A stretch of 64,000 bases of DNA from Podarcis liolepis (lineage: Eukaryota). The position numbers and the translations under genes are program-made. The DNA lies in the NCBI GenBank assembly GCA_965112155.1, contig OZ218106.1. One strand, given 5' to 3'. The notes below the pieces were generated by a model. It had not been told where the DNA came from and did no database searches. It was given only the letters and a program-made list of their open reading frames with translations. Positions 1 through 11,727 of this stretch are shown here, in pieces (the first letter of the stretch is position 1; every line of letters begins with the position of its first letter).

Positions 1-615
1 AACCAAGGGGTCTATGAAATACCCTGCAAAGTCTGCCCAGCCACGTACATTGGACAAACAAACAGACGAATAAATGCACGTATCGCAGAACACAAGAATG
101 CCGTCAAAAAAGAAGAAAAAACTTCCTCTCTTTTCCAACACATGAAAGAAACAGGACACGAAATTAATTTTGCAGATTCCAAATTGCTCTTTAACATGGA
201 ACATCACCACAAGAGAATAATCATGGAAGCCATCGAGATAGAGAAACACCCTCACAACATGAACAAGCGTGACGACACGTCCCGCCTGCCAGACATCTGG
301 AAATTAGCCCTCCCCACAAAAACCGACACCAGAACCAGAGGCACACAGAACGCCATCACCAATCAACCACACCAGACCCAAACCCAGACCCTCTCCACAG
401 ATAAATTACAGACACCATCCAGTAGCCAAACCATAGTGGCACCTCCGGATGCTGCACCCCCCTGCTATCCCTACACAGATCTGGCTGGCACAGGGCACAA
501 AACCACAGCTCGCCCCTATACACGAAGCCAAGCCAGAGCACAACTAAGTGCAGTACAGCCATCTTCTCAGAAAAACTCTTCACAAGCTCAAGAGGTCAAG
601 ACACGAAAGCTTTAG
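1..615 (+). CDS. C-terminal part of the PLE ORF: GIY-YIG endonuclease plus a T/Q/P/S-rich tail (5'-partial)
   Basis: The frame is open from base 1: NQGVYEIPCKVCPATYIGQTNRRINARIAEHK...SSLFQHMKETGHEINF...MEAIEI...NMNKRDD. It shows GVY/YIG motifs, CxxC plus two His (the PLE CCHH motif) and the conserved R, E and N. Stop TAG at 613-615. Confidence 0.9.
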   Translation, partial: NQGVYEIPCKVCPATYIGQTNRRINARIAEHKNAVKKEEKTSSLFQHMKETGHEINFADSKLLFNMEHHHKRIIMEAIEIEKHPHNMNKRDDTSRLPDIWKLALPTKTDTRTRGTQNAITNQPHQTQTQTLSTDKLQTPSSSQTIVAPPDAAPPCYPYTDLAGTGHKTTARPYTRSQARAQLSAVQPSSQKNSSQAQEVKTRKL

Positions 616-659
616 CAACTAATCCACACTTAATGACCCACCTAAGTGGTACTCAGAAT

Positions 660-693
660 ATCACTCAAGAAATCACTCAAGATATCCCTCAAG
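660..693 (+). repeat. 12-bp tandem repeat (ATCACTCAAGAW) x3 inside the PLE 3' region
   Basis: atcactcaagaa atcactcaagat atccctcaag. Confidence 0.85.
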
Positions 694-846
694 TAATTAA
701 GGAACAAAAGAAGAAAAGGCACATTAACCTGGGAACTTCCTCTCTGCCCAGAACGTTGGAGGCTATACACCACACCCCCTCAACAGTATTTATAGGAACT
801 CAAACACTGAGATCCTGCTCTGTTCCAGTAACAAGAAGCCGAAAGC

Positions 847-892
847 ACCAGCCTGAAGATGACGAGTGAGACCTCGTCGAAACGTCGCCTAG
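847..892 (+). ncRNA. Minimal type I hammerhead ribozyme of the PLE pseudo-LTR
   Basis: CTGAAGA (853-859), extra T, stem II GACGAG/CTCGTC with a TGAGAC loop, GAAA (879-882), palindromic CG, then TC with predicted cleavage after 886. Stem I is short and imperfect. Confidence 0.8.
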
Positions 893-937
893 ACACCCCA
901 ACTCTTACACGGGAAGACACCCGAAGACACCAAAACC

Positions 938-940
<3 letters not shown>

Positions 941-994
<54 letters not shown>
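941..994. repeat. (AT)27 microsatellite
   Basis: Perfect dinucleotide run. Confidence 0.98.
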
Positions 995-996
<2 letters not shown>

Positions 997-2450
997 CTAT
1001 GTAAACTGCTTTGTGAAGTTCAGAAAAACTATAAAAAAGTATTTCAGATGAAAGGAGATTTCCATTTGGGACATTTCTCGCACCAATCCTCAGGTCCCCA
1101 AAAGTGGGTCAACAGCCTTATCAGTGAGCACAGAAAAGAAACCACTGAGAGACTCAAGTGGTCATGGTAGTGGTCAGTCACATGATAGCTCTACATTGCC
1201 TGAATCTGCTGTCAGGGATAAAAAAAACCCAACATTATCACCCAATGAATGAACCCACTAGCTGGTTTGTCAAATCTCATGATAACTTACCCATGGACAA
1301 ACTTCCAATCTGGTTCCGTCATGTGCATCTGTCAGAGCAGAATTTGTCGTGCCTTGTGCTAGGAGAGCTGATTTAAATGAGCTGATTAAACTGCACACCC
1401 TAAAAAGAATGCATGTGCTGTGCACCAGACCATGGAGAACAAAACAACTGAAACTGTTTTTACTTGAATTCTCAGCAAAAGAATAGACTTGTTAAAATTA
1501 TTTTCAGTTCTCCAGAAGGTGAAGTGCAGTAGGAAAATGAATGCATTTATACAAAATGCCTGACAAATATGTTCTGCATTGCAAAGCAATACGTATTTCA
1601 CAAAACCATGGGGCATTTTTAATGAACATTAGTTTTGTGCCAGATGCTTAGGCTTTTAAAGCAGGTTTCTAGTGTACTTTAGTTTTAACCCCATGCCCCC
1701 CTACTGCTTCCCAGTATAAAGTCCCAGCAGGCCTGCACTTGGCTAACAAGTGAAGAACCCTGCCCCAGTTTTCCATAATGCATTCATGAAAGGATTTGTA
1801 ACAACCGGCAGTTACTGCAGCGAAAAGAATAAACCAGTGTTACAAAGGCATTTGGGAAGTAAGCACAAAACCACAATCACTACCATTCTTATGGCCCATG
1901 AATGCCCTATAAACATTTGCATATTACCAATATAAGTCATGCTCAAACCGTATGTTCAATACATATCCTTCATATCCTTTTTATTTACTCTCCAGACAAA
2001 AAGTATTCTGATAAACCTTTTATTGAGACCTAACATCTCTATTTTAGACACAGTGACTTGGAAGGTTATAATGTAATGCTCTGCTAATTTGAATGGCTGC
2101 TAATTTCAAGTGTCAAACAAGAAGGGATGCTAAGGAAGAGAAGGAACTCCTACAAGATTCTCAGCTAAAGCAGACGTCTCATGCTCCTATAGCTGTTTCT
2201 ACACTACATTCTGGACTAGCAGAGATCTGTATGGGGATCTGCACTGCTCCAAGTGGATTGTGGTGAACAGGCATGCTGACACTCCCAAAGGCCTACATCT
2301 GAAAGCACCTGCAGAAAATAGATGTTGCTTGGGATGTTGCAAGGAAGTGCTGACAGACTATTCATTAGTAACTTTGGGCACTGCATTTTTGTGTGTGTGC
2401 TTATTATGTCATATTCAATGTAGTCACTTGTGAGATACTTAAGTTCCAGA

Positions 2451-2514
2451 TAGGTATGGAGGAGAAATTCATTTCAGTTGTGATTTAAAGTCAAATTTAT
2501 CAAATTTATGCAAA

Positions 2515-2556
<42 letters not shown>

Positions 2557-2941
2557 AAGCACAGTCATTTTCAAGAATTGCACTTATCCAGATTTTGTAG
2601 AGCTGTTCTCAAACCAAACAGTGCTTACAAAATTGTATGTTTTAGGAGGAAATGTGCATTAAAATAGTGGGGGGAGGGGAATTACAAAAATGCATTATAT
2701 TAGGAGAAATTGCTTGCAAAAATGTGTACATTAATCAAAACTGCACACAAAAATGTGTTTGTTTGGATAAATTCACACTAAAATGCTGAAAACTTTTAAT
2801 GAGTTTTTTATATAATTCATTTTATAACTATATTATAAAAATAATAATATCACAAAAGTCTGTGGAAATGTGGATAACTAAATTTAAGACTGAAAAGATG
2901 AGAAACAGGAAGAACCAAAATCGACAGACCTTCCATCTGTA
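2451..2941. mobile_element. Non-autonomous hAT DNA transposon containing an (AG)n tract (2517-2553)
   Basis: Perfect 8-bp TSD gttccaga (2443-2450 and 2942-2949). Degenerate termini taggtatgga...ttccatctgta. Related sequence at 5185-5388 and about 26070-26460. Confidence 0.8.
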
Positions 2942-3294
2942 GTTCCAGATGCACATTTCATTTATCCATTTCTCTAAAGGTTGGATGCAAAAATCCACAG
3001 TCTGAGAGATACACCAGAAATTTTAAACAAGGAAGTATAACAACTTCCTTCATCTATATTGGCTATGCAGAATATCACATGTACTTTGCAATGATATAGT
3101 TTTATAGATTAAATAATCAAATTGGCTTTGAAATTAGCTGTGGTTCTTCCCAACTTGGAGGGGGAGAACATTTCCAAATTAATCCATTATGAGCTGGGAT
3201 ATTCTTGCCTATCTCTAATGAATAGGCAGTATACAGTAATTGATTATTTATCCCTCATGGAACAAAAAGTGTATGAAGACATAATGAAATACTT

Positions 3295-3441
3295 TCAACA
3301 CTGGTTTCCACCCTGGTTTTAGGACCCAAACACCCTTGGATGCCCTGATAGATGACTTACCCCTGAGAATTGTAGAGGGGATGCAACCCTGTTGGTTTTC
3401 CCGGACCTCTCAGCTACTTTCATTGCTATTGACAATAGCAT
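3295..3441 (+). mobile_element. Degraded L2 LINE reverse-transcriptase fragment
   Basis: Nucleotide resemblance to the L2 motifs GFRPGFGTETAL..DDL and LVLLDLSAAFDTIDH (ctggtttccaccctggttttaggac...ggacctctcagctactttc). Confidence 0.65.
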
Positions 3442-4135
3442 ATAATATTGTTTCTTATAAAGGCTTTCCAGCAAAGGTACATTAATTCATGCTAAACTGC
3501 AATTGAGTATCCACGGAACTGCAAATTTCATCGACATGAATAAGTAGAGAGGTCATCTTGATTAATGCTATTATCAAAGTGAATAATAGAGATACCAATG
3601 CCATCCCTTTCTAACTATGAATTATGACCATTTTTTCCCTGTTGAAGAGCATGAGATTGAACCTAATTATTTTTAAAGTTACATTCCCCTGGCATTACCT
3701 ACAACAATGCATTTCGATCTTTCAGATGAAAGGAATGGAACTGAATCCCCGCCCATTAAGATAAGATTAGGTCTTGCTGAACTGTGACCTTATTGTGCAA
3801 AACAAAGATCAGCTCGCATGAAAATGCTTTCTGTTTCTGTGATTTGGAGCACATTTTATGTATGGCTTCCATTCAAAACACAACTGATAATATTTCTTAA
3901 CAGGTAATGATAACTAGCGCATCCTCCCCTGTTTCAGTTCAGAATGGCTGTCCAGCTACAACTAATCATTTCCTCCCACAATGAGAATAGCTTGCATTAC
4001 TACAAAGCTCAGTCTGATACTTTATGAGATGTATTGTGCAAAGCATGATATCCCTAAAATCTGTAAAAAAAAAATGCTGAACATAGGGTACTGGCTTGCT
4101 AAACCTAATATTTAAATGCCATGGCAGGGACTTGG

Positions 4136-4324
4136 GGGAAGCGCTGTAGCTGAGTGATAGACCGAGAGAGTGATTTACATTCAAAATGCCCCACTTTGGA
4201 GTCTGGCATCCTCAGGGAGGGCTGAGAAGGACCTTTTGTCTGAAACCTTGGAGAGCTGCTGTCAGCAGTTTGAGCTGCTTAGACCAATGGTCTGTTTCAA
4301 TATGAGGCAGCTTTCTGTATTCCT
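4136..4324 (+). mobile_element. tRNA-derived squamate SINE (Squam2-like), diverged
   Basis: tRNA-like head gctgtagctgagtgatag, body tctgaaaccttggagagctgctg, tail aggcagctttctgtattcct. Shared with copies at 17806, 22869 and 51411. Confidence 0.7.
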
Positions 4325-4975
4325 CTGATTTCAAGAATTTGTATGGCTGAGCAGCTTACTAGGTCACAAGCTGGCTTATAACATTGGACGTTAAAATATA
4401 GATTCAATAAGTATGGAGGACTTTTACTTAACGTTGGGTGGTTAGTTTCTTTGTGGTGATGGTGGTTATTGTGATGCTACAGAGCACAGCTTTCCTATGC
4501 AAGGTATCTTGTCTAACAAGGGATGGTCATAGCTACAACTGACAGTTTTTAAAAGGGATTTTTCACTGGTGTTTTTTAATTGAGGGAGTTTGGCAAGCCC
4601 ACATAGCAAGCTTAGAAAGTGTAAAACAAGTAAGAACTCTCCTGTGCAGATTGTGTTGACTCCTTAGGCTTAACTCATTGACAATCTGTCAAAAAAGCAT
4701 TGCATTGGGAGGCACAATATTTTTGTTATAGCATGTCATGGTAAATTAATCTGCCCTTAGGCTCCCAAGATTGGCAGGGATGGGATTTGCATACTTTTTT
4801 CCTGAGAAGAAGTAACCAGAAAATAGTTTGTTTATCGCCGTATGTGGTATTTTTTCAAGCTTTCGTAGTCTTAGCGATGCACAGCCAAATGTTCCAAAAC
4901 TCATCAGAATAGATAGGCAAGTAGTTAACTTCATTGAGTTGCCCAAATATTTGTTGTAGATTACCCATCTAAAAG

Positions 4976-5184
4976 GGGAAGTGGGTGGCGCTGTGGTCTA
5001 AACCACAGAGCCTAGGGCTTGCCAATCAGAAGGTCAGCGGTTTGAATCGCAGCGACGGGGTGAGCTCCCATTGTTCAGTCCCAGCTCCTGCCCACCTAGC
5101 AGTTCGAAAGCACGTAAAAGTGCAAGTAGATAAATAGGTACTGCTCCAGCAAGAAGGTAAATAGCATTTCTGTGTGCTGCTCTG
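4976..5184 (+). mobile_element. Sauria SINE, 5' half only
   Basis: ggtggcgctgtggtctaaaccacagagcctagggcttg...gtgcaagtagataaataggtac; colinear with the copy at 11728. Confidence 0.92.
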
Positions 5185-5388
5185 TTAGGAGAAATTGCTG
5201 TGCAACAATGTGCATATTAGACAAAATTGAAGACACAAAAGTGTGTATTGGGATAAATTTGCACTAAGATGCTGGTGAATTTTCATAAGAGCTTAAAAAA
5301 AATATGTTTAGAAATGTGGGGAACTGAACTTAAGATAGGAAAATTAAAAACTGAGAAAAATTGAAATTGATGGATTCATCCATTCTTA
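5185..5388. mobile_element. Right half of the hAT element family seen at 2451-2941
   Basis: ttaggagaaattgc...gataaatttgcacta...aaatgtggggaactgaacttaagat...catccattctta matches 2700-2941. Confidence 0.75.
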
Positions 5389-5756
5389 ACTTGTTTATCT
5401 TTACTGAAGCTGCAAATTAAACCAGTGTTTCTCAACCTTTTTTCAACCCATACCACCTTTTAGTTAACATGAAAATCCCATGTCCCCCTTCAAACCTGGC
5501 TCCCCCAATTATTTTATCTGAATTTTAAAATGGATAGAAATGTTGGCTTTCCTTTAAAAAAAAGAGACCCTGATATTATACATTGGGGGGCACTTATGGC
5601 CCCCTACTATTTTCATACATGATGCACATAATTTGCTTAAGCTCTGTGCACGAAGGGAGATAAAGTTTGGGTAGGGAAAGGAATTGATAAAACTTAATCT
5701 TCATCTCTGCAGCCAGTTTCCTGAACTGAAATTGCAATACTACTTTGTCACTTTCA

Positions 5757-6140
5757 AGGGAGCTGGGCATGTTTAGCCTGGAGAAGAGGAGGTTAAGGGG
5801 TGATATGATAGCCATGTTCAAATATATAAAAGGATGTCACACAGAGGAGGGAGAAAGGTTATTTTCTGCTGCTCCAGAGAAGCGGACACGGAGCAATGGA
5901 TCCAAACTACAAGAAAGAAGATTCCACCTAAACATTAGGAAGAACTTCCTGACAGTAAGAGCTGTTCGACAGTGGAATTTGCTGCCAAGGAGTGTGGTGG
6001 AGTCTCCTTCTTTGGAGGTCTTTAAGCAGAGGCTTGACAACCATATGTCAGGAGTGCTCTGATGGTGTTTCCTGCTTGGCAGGGGGTTGGACTCGATGGC
6101 CCTTGTGGTCTCTTCCAACTCTATGATTCTATGATTCTAT
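5757..6140 (+). mobile_element. Young 5'-truncated CR1 LINE (ORF2 C-terminus plus 3'UTR)
   Basis: Uninterrupted RELGMFSLEKRRLRGDMIAMFKYIKG...FLTVRAVRQWNLLP...LEVFKQRLDNHM, then a 3'UTR ending in (ATTCTATG)n. Confidence 0.95.
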
Positions 6141-6454
6141 ATATCCAGGAAACAAGCAGGAGGCTTCTTAGGAAGACTTTTGCAAATGTCTGCCTTCCTG
6201 TCCCACAGCCCTTTGTGAAGTGTACCATAATGCTTAAGGTACAAGAATGAGCAGAATGAGGTGGAATTGCTAACACCACAGTGAAAGGAAGAAGAAATAT
6301 TGCCAAACCTCTTGCAACCTCTGAGCACTGTTCCGAGAGCTTGAGTAACCTGTTGCTCATCCAAGTGCTGGTGTTTCTTTGAGCACTAGTGCAAAACGCT
6401 TCTTATAAAATGGTCAATACAGATGAATGTTGTAAGATAAAATATTGCTTTTTC

Positions 6455-7066
6455 ATCTGCAGCCCCTTTTGGAAGTGACTTGACCACTATACTGCATGCT
6501 CTGGTAACTTTCAGTTTGGGTAAATACAGCATGTTCTGCAGGAAGCTGCTCTTGAATATGACTCAGGAATTTAACGCAGCAGCCAGATTACTGACTGAGC
6601 TTTTGTTTAGAAACTCAACATAAGTCCTCTTTTAAAACAGCTACGCTGGTTGTCGGTTTGTTTCTGGGCCCAATTCAGTGTGTTCATTATGTTGTTGTTG
6701 ATGATGATGAGGATGATGATGATGATGTTATCATTAATTAAATTTGTATGCCACCCTTCATTCATAGATCTCCGGGCGGTTCACAACAGTGTTTAAAGCC
6801 TGTCGGGTGTTAAGATCAGCATAGAGGACCCTCTTGGTTGTCCCACAACCCCTCATCGGGTGGGGAGACATTCTTTGAAATATTCTTTGCAACAGCTTCT
6901 AGGTTGTGGAATTCCTTCCCCCACAGAGATGTGCCTGGCACCTTCGCTGTATGGCTTCTGTTTCATACTGAAGATGCACATATTTATCCTGTAAATTGTT
7001 TTAAGTGATTTGAATAATGTTGTAACCCACCCTGGGCCCTTATGTCTGAAGGGTGCACAAGAAATG
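6455..7066 (+). mobile_element. Degraded L2 LINE 3' end, interrupted at about 6690-6789 by an antisense L2-type tail with (GAT/GTT)n
   Basis: Resembles HALVTSRL..NAAARLL..PLLKQLHWL..FR.QF. Typical L2 tail tgtaacccaccctgggcc...gaagggtgcacaagaaat. Confidence 0.75.
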
Positions 7067-7473
7067 CTATCATTTAAAAAAAAAATTTAAAAAGTGCATA
7101 ATGCAGACTTTAAAGCAGCATAAGCACAAAATCATCAAAACACTGTTAGGATAGCTGTAGAAGGCAGTAAAGGATGACATCACCACCAACAACACTGTAG
7201 AAGTACCGTAATCAAAGAGTGCTGGGCTGTTTGACAGAGTAGGCAGACAAGCAAACAATGAAAACAAGAAAATAAGAGGAAACCAAGTAACAATTCACAA
7301 GGAAAAACAAATAGGAACGAAACTGTGCAAATGCACAACCATTTTGGAAGGATTCTCATAGAGTACTGACATGTGGTTTACTAACCATATGAATATATAT
7401 TATGTAATAAGAGAATCTATGCCTTGTAAGTAGCAATTATTTAAACCAGGATTTGTTACTTAGAAGTTACATA

Positions 7474-7715
7474 CAGTGGTACCTCGGGTTACATACGCCT
7501 CAGGTTACATACACTTCAGGTTACAGACTCTGCTAACCCAGAAATCGTGCTTCAGGTTAAGAACTTCGCTTCAGGATGAGAACAGAAATTGTGCTCCTGT
7601 GGCGTGGCAGCAGCAGGAGGCCCCATTAGCTAAAGTGGTGCTTCAGGTTAAGAACAGTTTCAGATTAATAACAGACCTCCGGAACGAATTAAGTACTTAA
7701 CCCAAGGTACCACTG
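7474..7715. mobile_element. Tc1/mariner-pogo (Tigger-like) MITE
   Basis: Terminal inverted repeats (TIRs) cagtggtacctcgggtta / taacccaaggtaccactg, TA TSD on both sides, internal cttcaggtta repeats. Confidence 0.92.
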
Positions 7716-10375
7716 TATATTGTTTGTGTGCCTATTACAATGCCTATTGCAATTTTTAAAGGTTAATTTGGACTTTGTTAAAGCTGCTGCTGTGTTTCAA
7801 TTTTGCATTATTTATTTTTTGCCTACGTTATCCCTTGTTTTAACGCTCAGTTGTATTTGATGAAATCTAGGTGATGAATTGTTGTTATTCAGTGCACTGA
7901 TATGCTATTGCCACATTATAAATTCCCCTGTTGCATTGAGATATTGCAATTATAGATTAATTGTTGCATCACCTAAATGTGGGTGGATATTTTTTTTAAT
8001 GAAATAGTTTTCCAGTTGTGTTATATTGATTACGTTTCACATTGTTTGATACAAGGAGCTTGTTTGGAACTGCTTTTCTTTTGTGGCTTGTGATATATTG
8101 TTGCAGATCTAATTGTTCTATTGCTGTTATTTCTATCATTTGCTGTTGTTGCAAACAGCTTTGAGCATAATGTATGGGAAGGAGACATATGAACAATATG
8201 CCATATGCCTATGGAAATCTCCCCTCCGAGCACAATGGTTCCCATAGGCATGTACACCAATTCTGAGGCCACTGGTGGCAGAAGGAGGAACTGTGGCCTT
8301 AAAGAGCAAGCTTGGCTGTGTCCTGATACTTGCCGTGTCTGTATGCAACAATGCTGGGGGGGGGGGGGTAAAAATGAACTGCTGGTGCTCATATATTGAT
8401 AAAAGCACCATGGATGCCAGCAGAAAATGGCAGCAAAAAAGGAAGTTCCACTTTTCTGTACCAGTGTCAGACCAAAAAGCCCTGGTTAGCATTCAGAACA
8501 ATATTGTACCGTGGTGGAATCAATAGCAACACATTTGTAGCAGAGATCTGCTACAACAATGCCTGCAGTCTACATATGGGGACAAAGAGGGGCCAGAGAT
8601 AAAGTGAGGCTCTCCTGTGGAAATGTATCTGGCATAGTTCACCATTTCAGATAAACAGATCTCTATAATATATAAGCAGTCACGACAGCCCAATACCTGG
8701 ACTTAGATCCTCCAGATTGTAAAAGGTGAGCTGTAAACAGGAGGGAGTTGGTAAGCAGCAGGCATAAGCTGCTTATCTTTACTGGAAGCCTCTTTCTGTA
8801 TATGCTTTTCTGACCTTTAACATTATTTAACAGAGTCATTTTGTATTTATGTTATGAGTGGGCCAATGGCATTGCTTGCAAGTTGGGTATGTAAACAGCA
8901 GAGGAAAGTCTGCTCGCCAAGAATGTTCTGTTTGCAGGGCTCCACTTTGTTGGCGGGGATGAGATGGAAATCAGTACTGTAATAAAAGAGATGCATTTAC
9001 AGTGCAGTCAGCAAATGAGAGAATTGATGGTGACCCCTGTTGGTGTAAGTGCCTTCTGAGTGTCCTTCATGTCATTTGTCTCAAATGACATCATCAATAG
9101 ATGCCTACAATTGTGGTGTACACATCTGTTGAGTTAGCCTTCATTTGCTTTCTAGGAGGGGAAAAATAGCTTTCTGAGATGCACCTTGATGTGTACCAAA
9201 AACCTACAAAATTAGGATGACTAGAGACAGCAGCACAGAATAAATGTTTATGCCTACTTGTATCATTCTGAAAAATGTTATTTGGCTCAAGAGGAGATGA
9301 TATTGATGACAGGGATTCATACCAACATTTGCTCCCCAGATTCACTGGAGTCTCTAAACCTTTCTGCTTGTCTTCTGTGCTCTTGTATTCTCTAGATGTT
9401 TAGCAAAAGTGCATACATATACAGTGATGAAACTTCACAATTACAACAATACATCTAATGAGCTCTGTATTGTCTAAGCTAAATGAATCTCTGGTACTAC
9501 AATTCTGCCAATAGTTAAAGTAATTTCAGTTACATTGATATTAAGACCAAGTCTTCCTGGAGACCTTGCTCTATTTTTTATTTTATTTTTTTATTTTTTT
9601 AATGCTTAGAAAGAATGGTAACCATTTTTTCCTAAGCCAGTGAAATAACAAAAATAACTTTAAAGTAAGAGATCCTTTCCCTGAGCTTAATTATCTGGAA
9701 TCTCAGAAAGGAGACTCAAAGGACAATTCACTAGTTTCATAACTATATGAACTAATAAAAACCTGTGCTATATATAGGCAGGCACAGCTGTATGATAAAC
9801 TTTTTATGGGGAGTGTGCATTTTTCATTATGAACATCCATGATTAAGAGGCTATATATTTAAGCATTACCTAATGGAGTTACACGGCATCAGGAGCCAAA
9901 AAATAGGCATATTTCACTGCCACTTGATTTGTGAGGTCATAATCCTATATAAATGCTCAGACACATATTGCAAACTGACAAATTAAGGGCTCTAACTTAA
10001 TTTCCTTTTGACTGGGGACTCTTCTTTCTTTCCCTTCATCATTATTAGTCGTGGTCTTGATTCAGGACCATCTAATTCACAAGTTCTAATGCTTTCTGTG
10101 TATGTCAGGGAAGTATTTCAGGGCAAACCTTTTGCAGTTGTTACCTTAATGTACGTATCTATAAACAGTAAAAGGATTATGATTTTTAAAAGTCTTAAAT
10201 GGTTTTCCCCTTCAATTACTCCTTTGATCAGAACTGCGGGATGAATGAAGAATAAAAATACATTGTTTTAATGTTACTTTGAAATTTGATCTAACAATAT
10301 GAAAATAAAGGGGAGAAGCACAATGAACAATCCCTTCTTTTTTTACAGAGATTGCCTCACTATAGAGTAGACTCC

Positions 10376-10860
10376 TCATATCACAGAATCATAGATCTGG
10401 GAGAGACATAATAAGTCATCAAGTTCAAACCTCTGCCAGAGGCAGAAGGCTACTTGAATATACAAGTGTAAGAAACTTTGAAGGGGCTATCCTGTTACTC
10501 TTCCTGCTCGAGTATTGAACTTACCTAAACAGATCTAATCACTTGCTTCTATTAGACAGTGAAGGCCTTAGGTGCTGAAGATTCCACCTCATCCATTGAA
10601 AATCTAGTGATCTAATGTTCCAGGGGTAGAGTGGGAAGGCTTTTCTTAATCTGTTGAAATAATTATAATCTTGACCACAGTAGATAAGAAATACTGATCT
10701 CTATCTTCTTTAAAGCAACTATTTATATATTTGAAGATTCTTAATAAATCCTGCTTCAGTTCCCTCTTCTCTCAGATAAATAAACACAATTCCTTCAGCC
10801 TTTTTTCCTAGACTACATTGTCAGCCTCCACCATTGCTTGTTGCTCTTCTTTGGATTCAT
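10376..10860 (-). mobile_element. Old CR1 LINE 3' fragment
   Basis: Antisense tail tcacagaatcatag and degraded CR1 ORF2-end similarity. Confidence 0.55.
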
Positions 10861-11727
10861 ATGGGATTCTTCACTGTAAGCCAATGTGATCATATTCTGA
10901 TCAGATGGTTATAAGGCAGGTTTTAGTGGGCAGTTGCCATGTTTTATGGTAAAATGGTGGGAACGTATACTGACAAAATGTGGATATCCATCTAATTCTA
11001 TACATGAGTGAAAAAGTCATGAGACAAACATGAGTGGGTGATGTCTTGGTAGAATACATTTATTACTGATTTGCCAGCACAATCGAGCAACATGAGAAGC
11101 AGACTACATGTCCTGTGAACTACCAACCATTGTTAGTAGTACATTAGTTCTATAGGTGTGAACTGAAATTTGTAAACTAGTATATGTATGTGTATCACTG
11201 TCTTTCCCCATATCTTATATCACACAGCTTTCAGTTCACAGCATGAGACAATCTGTTGCCTTTCAGACTTTTGCAGTATTCCTTAGTAACAATGAAAAGA
11301 GGAAACACATGGTTAGGAGGTTAAAAAGCTTCTTGTTGCTGGAAGCTGAAATGCACTGTGCTATAGAGATAACCAAAGACCTCACATGTTGCTAAGGGAT
11401 GGTGCTAGCTGTGTGGCAGAAATCAACAACATGCTATTATGAGTGTTATCCTTCCTCATATGGACTGTTGGCAAGTGACCTACAGCGAGAACAATATCAA
11501 CCATCATACTCATGCCATGCTGCAAATTGTTGAACAGTAATTTCTCAGTTGCCTAGAAGATTGCAAATGGGATGGAAAAGCAATCCAAGTATGTGCCATA
11601 GTGCATTTCACAAGGTCACACTGTGGATTGGCAATGAAAGCTCTGGAACTTTGCAGCTCAACTGTGGATGCCTAGTGCTTGGTGATGGTAGAGAACTTTG
11701 CCCCACCTTTTTATGGTGAAGGTACAG

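Larger units (their letters stand above)
1..940 (+). mobile_element. 3' end of a Penelope-like retroelement (Poseidon-type); runs off the left edge of the window
   Basis: Frame +1 encodes a PLE-type GIY-YIG endonuclease. It is followed by a pseudo-LTR region with TATTTATA (787-794) and a hammerhead motif (853-886). The element ends abruptly at an (AT)n tract. Confidence 0.92.

Noticed and set aside
859-1170. 103-aa ORF
   Set aside because: It is open only because it crosses (AT)n (IYIY...), and it spans the PLE/flank junction
3880-3910. TTAACAG|GTAATG fused splice site
   Set aside because: The pyrimidine tract is too short; expected by chance
8268-8282. CTCF-like ccactggtggcag
   Set aside because: One base short of the core consensus, with no supporting evidence
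8651-8725. 75-nt AG..GTGAG-bounded plus-strand segment
   Set aside because: Stop codons in all three frames
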